Source: Spirochaetia bacterium (GTDB lineage Bacteria; Spirochaetota; Spirochaetia; SZUA-6; Bin103). From it: 64,000 nt of DNA. A model generated the notes under the pieces. That model did not search any database. It saw only the letters and a list, made by a program, of their open reading frames with translations, and was not told the DNA's origin. Each line of letters opens with the position of its first letter. Position 1 is the first letter of the stretch. Where the stretch lies: NCBI GenBank assembly GCA_965203905.1, contig CBDBDQ010000005.1, positions 3,744,001-3,808,000 of the forward strand, read 5' to 3'. Below, one piece after another: positions 60,795-64,000 of the stretch. The position numbers and the translations under genes were made by a program.

Positions 60795-61526
60795 GTGGAT
60801 GATGAGACCGTCGGCGCCGCGCTCCCCGCCGGCATCCTGTTCGACATGGACGACACGGTCGTCGACACCTACCGCGCGTCGCGCGTCGCCTGGGAAGAGG
60901 CCGCCGCGGTGGTGGCACGCGAGCACGCGCTGGACCGGCAGCGGTTGCTGCAGGCATTTCTGGCCGCCGACCGCTGGTACTGGCAGGAGCCGGAGCGGGA
61001 GGACTGGGGGCGCCTCAACCAGGCCGGGGCGCGTGTCCGCATCGTCCGTCGCGCGCTGCAGCAGCTCGCCTGGCGCGACGACGGCATCTCGCGCTGGGTC
61101 GGGCCGTTCGTGGTGCAGGCCCGGGTCCGTGTGCTGCAGCCGTTCGCCGGTGCCCTGGAGACGCTCGCCGAGCTGCGCCGCAGGGGAGTGGCGCTCGCGC
61201 TCGTCACCAACGGCGAGGCGGCGAGCCAGCGTGCCAAGATCGAGCAGGTGGGGCTGGCGCAGCGCTTCGACCTGGTGCTGGTGGAGGGAGAGTTCGGCAC
61301 CGGCAAGCCAAAGCCGGAGGTGTTCGAGCACGCCCTGGCGGGAATCGGCGCGCGGCCGGACGACGCCTGGATGGTAGGCGACGACCTGGCCAAGGACATC
61401 GCCGGCGGCAAGGCCGCGGGATTGCACACGGTGTGGGTCGACAGCCGTGCCGAGGGGCTGCCGCCGAACCCGGCCGCGCGCCCGGACCGCATCGTGCAGG
61501 CGATTGCGGAACTGCTGCCCGGGTAG
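60795..61526 (+). CDS. HAD-superfamily hydrolase
   Basis: FDMDDT, VTNG, GKPKPEVF, MVGDD...DIAGG. Confidence 0.9.
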   Translation: MDDETVGAALPAGILFDMDDTVVDTYRASRVAWEEAAAVVAREHALDRQRLLQAFLAADRWYWQEPEREDWGRLNQAGARVRIVRRALQQLAWRDDGISRWVGPFVVQARVRVLQPFAGALETLAELRRRGVALALVTNGEAASQRAKIEQVGLAQRFDLVLVEGEFGTGKPKPEVFEHALAGIGARPDDAWMVGDDLAKDIAGGKAAGLHTVWVDSRAEGLPPNPAARPDRIVQAIAELLPG

Positions 61527-61530
61527 TGCC

Positions 61531-62733
61531 ATGCGGCCGTTCGACGTGGCGGTGATCGGAGCCGGACCGGCGGGAGCCACGGCCGCGCTGCGGCTGGCTC
61601 GGGCGGGGCTGAAGGTCGCGCTGGTGGACCGGCGGCGGCCGCCGCGCTACAAGACCTGCGGCGGTGGGGTGGTGCTGCGCGCCCTGCGGCTGCTGCCGGT
61701 GGACGTGGCGGCACGGGTGCGGCGCGAGGTGGTCGAGGCGGTGTGCCGGCGGGTGACCGTCGGCCGTCTGCGCAGCGGCTCCGAGACCACCTTCAGCCTG
61801 CGGCGGGCCCCCATCTACATGGTGATGCGGGATCGCTTCGACGCCCTGTTGGCAGGAGCGGCTACCGCCGCAGGAGCCCGCCTGGTGGTGGCGGACGTGG
61901 CGTCGTTGCACGTCGACCGGGATGGCGTAGCGCTGGCCCTGGCCGGCGCCGGCGAGCTGCGCGTCCCCGTGGTGGTCGCCGCCGACGGGGCCACCGGGGT
62001 GTGCGCCCGATACGCCGGGATCCGACCCGCGCGCGCGCCGGCGCTGGAGTGCGAGGTGCGGGTGGGCAGCCGCGACTGGCAACGGCTCGGACAGTCGGCG
62101 CGCTTCGACTTCGAGCTGCTGGACGATGGCTACGCGTGGTCGTTCCCGAAGGCCGACGGCCACCTGTCGATGGGAGTGCTCAGCATGACCCGGCGCCGTG
62201 CCGGGCTGCAGCGTACATTCCACGACTACCTTACCGCGCTGGGTCTCGACGAGGTACGCTCCGTCGAACGTCACGGCTTTCTGATTCCGCTGCGCGGGAC
62301 CCGTCTGGCTGCCGGCGGCGGCCGCGTGCTGCTGGTGGGCGACGCTGCCGGTTGCGCCGATCCGCTTACCGCCGAGGGCATCTCCGGTGCTATTCTCAGC
62401 GGTACGCTGGCGGCGGCGGCGATCGAGTCGGCTCCCGCGGAAACGGCCCCGGCGCGGAGGTACCGCAGCCTGATGCGACGCTGGCTGCTGCGCGACCTGC
62501 GGGTGGCGAAGGCGTGGGCAGGAGCGCTGTACACGCGGCGCCTGACGCGGGGCCTGCTGCTGGCCCGCTTCAGTCCGGCGCTCTCCCGCACCCTGCTGAT
62601 CATGAGTGGCGAGGCCAGCTATCGCAGCGCCCTGCTGCCGCTTCCCGGCAGGCTGCTGCCGGCGGCGCTGCCGTGCAGCGCCGAGACTAGATCGCCCAGT
62701 GCTTCCACATGTCTTCAGGCACGTCGAACTTGA
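61531..62733 (+). CDS. Geranylgeranyl reductase family FAD oxidoreductase
   Basis: GAGPAG, KTCGGG, ADG, GYAWSFPK, GDAAG..DPLTAEGI. Confidence 0.88.
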   Translation: MRPFDVAVIGAGPAGATAALRLARAGLKVALVDRRRPPRYKTCGGGVVLRALRLLPVDVAARVRREVVEAVCRRVTVGRLRSGSETTFSLRRAPIYMVMRDRFDALLAGAATAAGARLVVADVASLHVDRDGVALALAGAGELRVPVVVAADGATGVCARYAGIRPARAPALECEVRVGSRDWQRLGQSARFDFELLDDGYAWSFPKADGHLSMGVLSMTRRRAGLQRTFHDYLTALGLDEVRSVERHGFLIPLRGTRLAAGGGRVLLVGDAAGCADPLTAEGISGAILSGTLAAAAIESAPAETAPARRYRSLMRRWLLRDLRVAKAWAGALYTRRLTRGLLLARFSPALSRTLLIMSGEASYRSALLPLPGRLLPAALPCSAETRSPSASTCLQARRT

Positions 62734-63424
62734 TCCGATCCAGGTCGGTACGGGCGAATCGGGACACGCAGGCCATGCGTACCACGGTGCCGTGATTGTT
62801 GCCGGCCTCGTGCATCAGCAGGTGGTGCCAGAACACGGTCGATCCCGCCGGCCCGGGGTTCTCCACCGGCTCGGGCAGGTCCACGAAGTTGCCGTCGCGG
62901 TCCTGGAACGCCTTGAGTCCGTCCAGGAGCGGGTGGCTGCGAAAGTACTCGTACGCGTGCCGGTGGGTGCCGGGCCAGACCGTGAACGCGCCTGACCGCG
63001 GCTGCACGTCGTTGACGTTGACGGTCACGGCGATCGTGAACGAGTGCACGACCCCGGGTTTCGCATAGCCGTCCAGGTGTCCGTGCGCGGGGTGCGTCCA
63101 CTCCGATTGCGGCCGTCCGGTCGGAAACACCGGCTTGGCGAAGGTGTGGTTGTGCACCTCCAATTCATGGCCCGCGAGCTCTTCGCACATTTCTTGAAGC
63201 GGCGAATCGGTGAGGGTGGCGCGCACGTCCGGATGTGACGTGACCTTCAGATTCCCCTTCGTCCCCGCGTCGATGAAGCTCTGCGGGTCGTTGCGGTCGA
63301 GCCCGATCTCGTCGTAGAAGCGATCGGCCGCTTTGGCGAGAAGTTCACGGTCGACGACATCCGGCTTGCGTACGAACCCGTGCTCCTTGAAGTGCTCGAT
63401 CTCCTCCCGCGTGAAGAACGCCAT
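62687..63424 (-). CDS. Phytanoyl-CoA dioxygenase (PhyH) family
   Basis: FKEHGF, HLDG, FTVWPGTH, WHHLLMH. Confidence 0.85.
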   Translation of the reverse strand: MAFFTREEIEHFKEHGFVRKPDVVDRELLAKAADRFYDEIGLDRNDPQSFIDAGTKGNLKVTSHPDVRATLTDSPLQEMCEELAGHELEVHNHTFAKPVFPTGRPQSEWTHPAHGHLDGYAKPGVVHSFTIAVTVNVNDVQPRSGAFTVWPGTHRHAYEYFRSHPLLDGLKAFQDRDGNFVDLPEPVENPGPAGSTVFWHHLLMHEAGNNHGTVVRMACVSRFARTDLDRIKFDVPEDMWKHWAI

Positions 63425-63493
63425 ACGACGACCGTATCGACTACGCGCATGCCTGTCTCCTGTCGCAGTGGCCGCTGGACCGCCTGCGGCCGG

Positions 63494-64000
63494 TCAAGCT
63501 CCGCTGAGGTAGGCGGCTACCGCGTTGGCGGTGGTGCGGGCCTGGCGGATGCAGTCGGGGATGCCGACGCCGTCGTAGGGGGCGCCGGCGAGCCACAGGC
63601 CGGGGGTGGCGGAGCAGGCCTGGTGGAGCTGGGCCAGCCAGTCGCGATGGCCGACGCGGTAGAGTGGGGTGCCGTGCGGCCAGCGCTGCACGTCGCGTAC
63701 CGCGGGCGCGGCCGCCTCGGCGATACCGCCGCCGAGGATGTCGCCAAGCTCGGCGCGTACCAGGGCGACCAGCTCGTCGTCGGTGTGGTCAAGCAGCTCC
63801 GGGTGACGCCAGCCGCCGAGGAAGCCACGTACCAGGACGCCGGCGTCCGGCACGCGTCCCGCCCACTTGCCGGAGCTCCAGGTGCATGCCAGCAGGCGGC
63901 TGCCCTCGCCGCGCGGTACCAGGAATCCCGAGCCGGGCAAGGGCAGCGCGACGGCGCGGTCACGGTAACCGAGCGTGACGATCGCGGAAGAGGTGGCCTC
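63494..64000 (-). CDS. hemY: Protoporphyrinogen/coproporphyrinogen oxidase, C-terminal part
   Basis: GSGFLVP, ACTWSSGKW, PLYRVGH, GVGIPDCI. Confidence 0.88.
   Translation of the reverse strand, partial: EATSSAIVTLGYRDRAVALPLPGSGFLVPRGEGSRLLACTWSSGKWAGRVPDAGVLVRGFLGGWRHPELLDHTDDELVALVRAELGDILGGGIAEAAAPAVRDVQRWPHGTPLYRVGHRDWLAQLHQACSATPGLWLAGAPYDGVGIPDCIRQARTTANAVAAYLSGA

Overview
High-GC bacterial chromosomal window. Signal peptides of the 'VFA-ASEAE' and 'LFASGEEE' type suggest a Spirochaetia-like organism, and the gene repertoire resembles sponge symbionts; both points are inference. Housekeeping and catabolic genes include sugar, amino-acid and peptide ABC transporters, a DUF3604 protein, TrkH, GH116, a BNR/sialidase-like protein, gpgS, two enolase-superfamily enzymes, a DHDPS-like enzyme, a sulfatase, korAB flanked by CBS proteins, a HAD hydrolase, a geranylgeranyl reductase-like protein, two PhyH dioxygenases and hemY. 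These surround a defence/toxin-antitoxin island at about 8.5-30 kb. The island holds a complete type I R-M operon with an embedded AlbA_2/ATP-binding gene, and a deletion-collapsed 'ghost' duplicate of that operon carrying a different HsdS fragment. It also holds an unnamed two-gene hypothetical + HEPN(RxxxxH) module, a low-GC Hachiman-like nuclease/helicase pair, decayed RloAB and many eroded TA pairs. Two dispersed copies of a DUF222-like/HNH endonuclease gene share a colinear ~190-nt non-coding upstream region and have linkers built from interspaced palindromic CTTCG-N4-CGAAG motifs. No rRNA, tRNA or CRISPR array was recognised. All family assignments come from motif recognition, not database searches.
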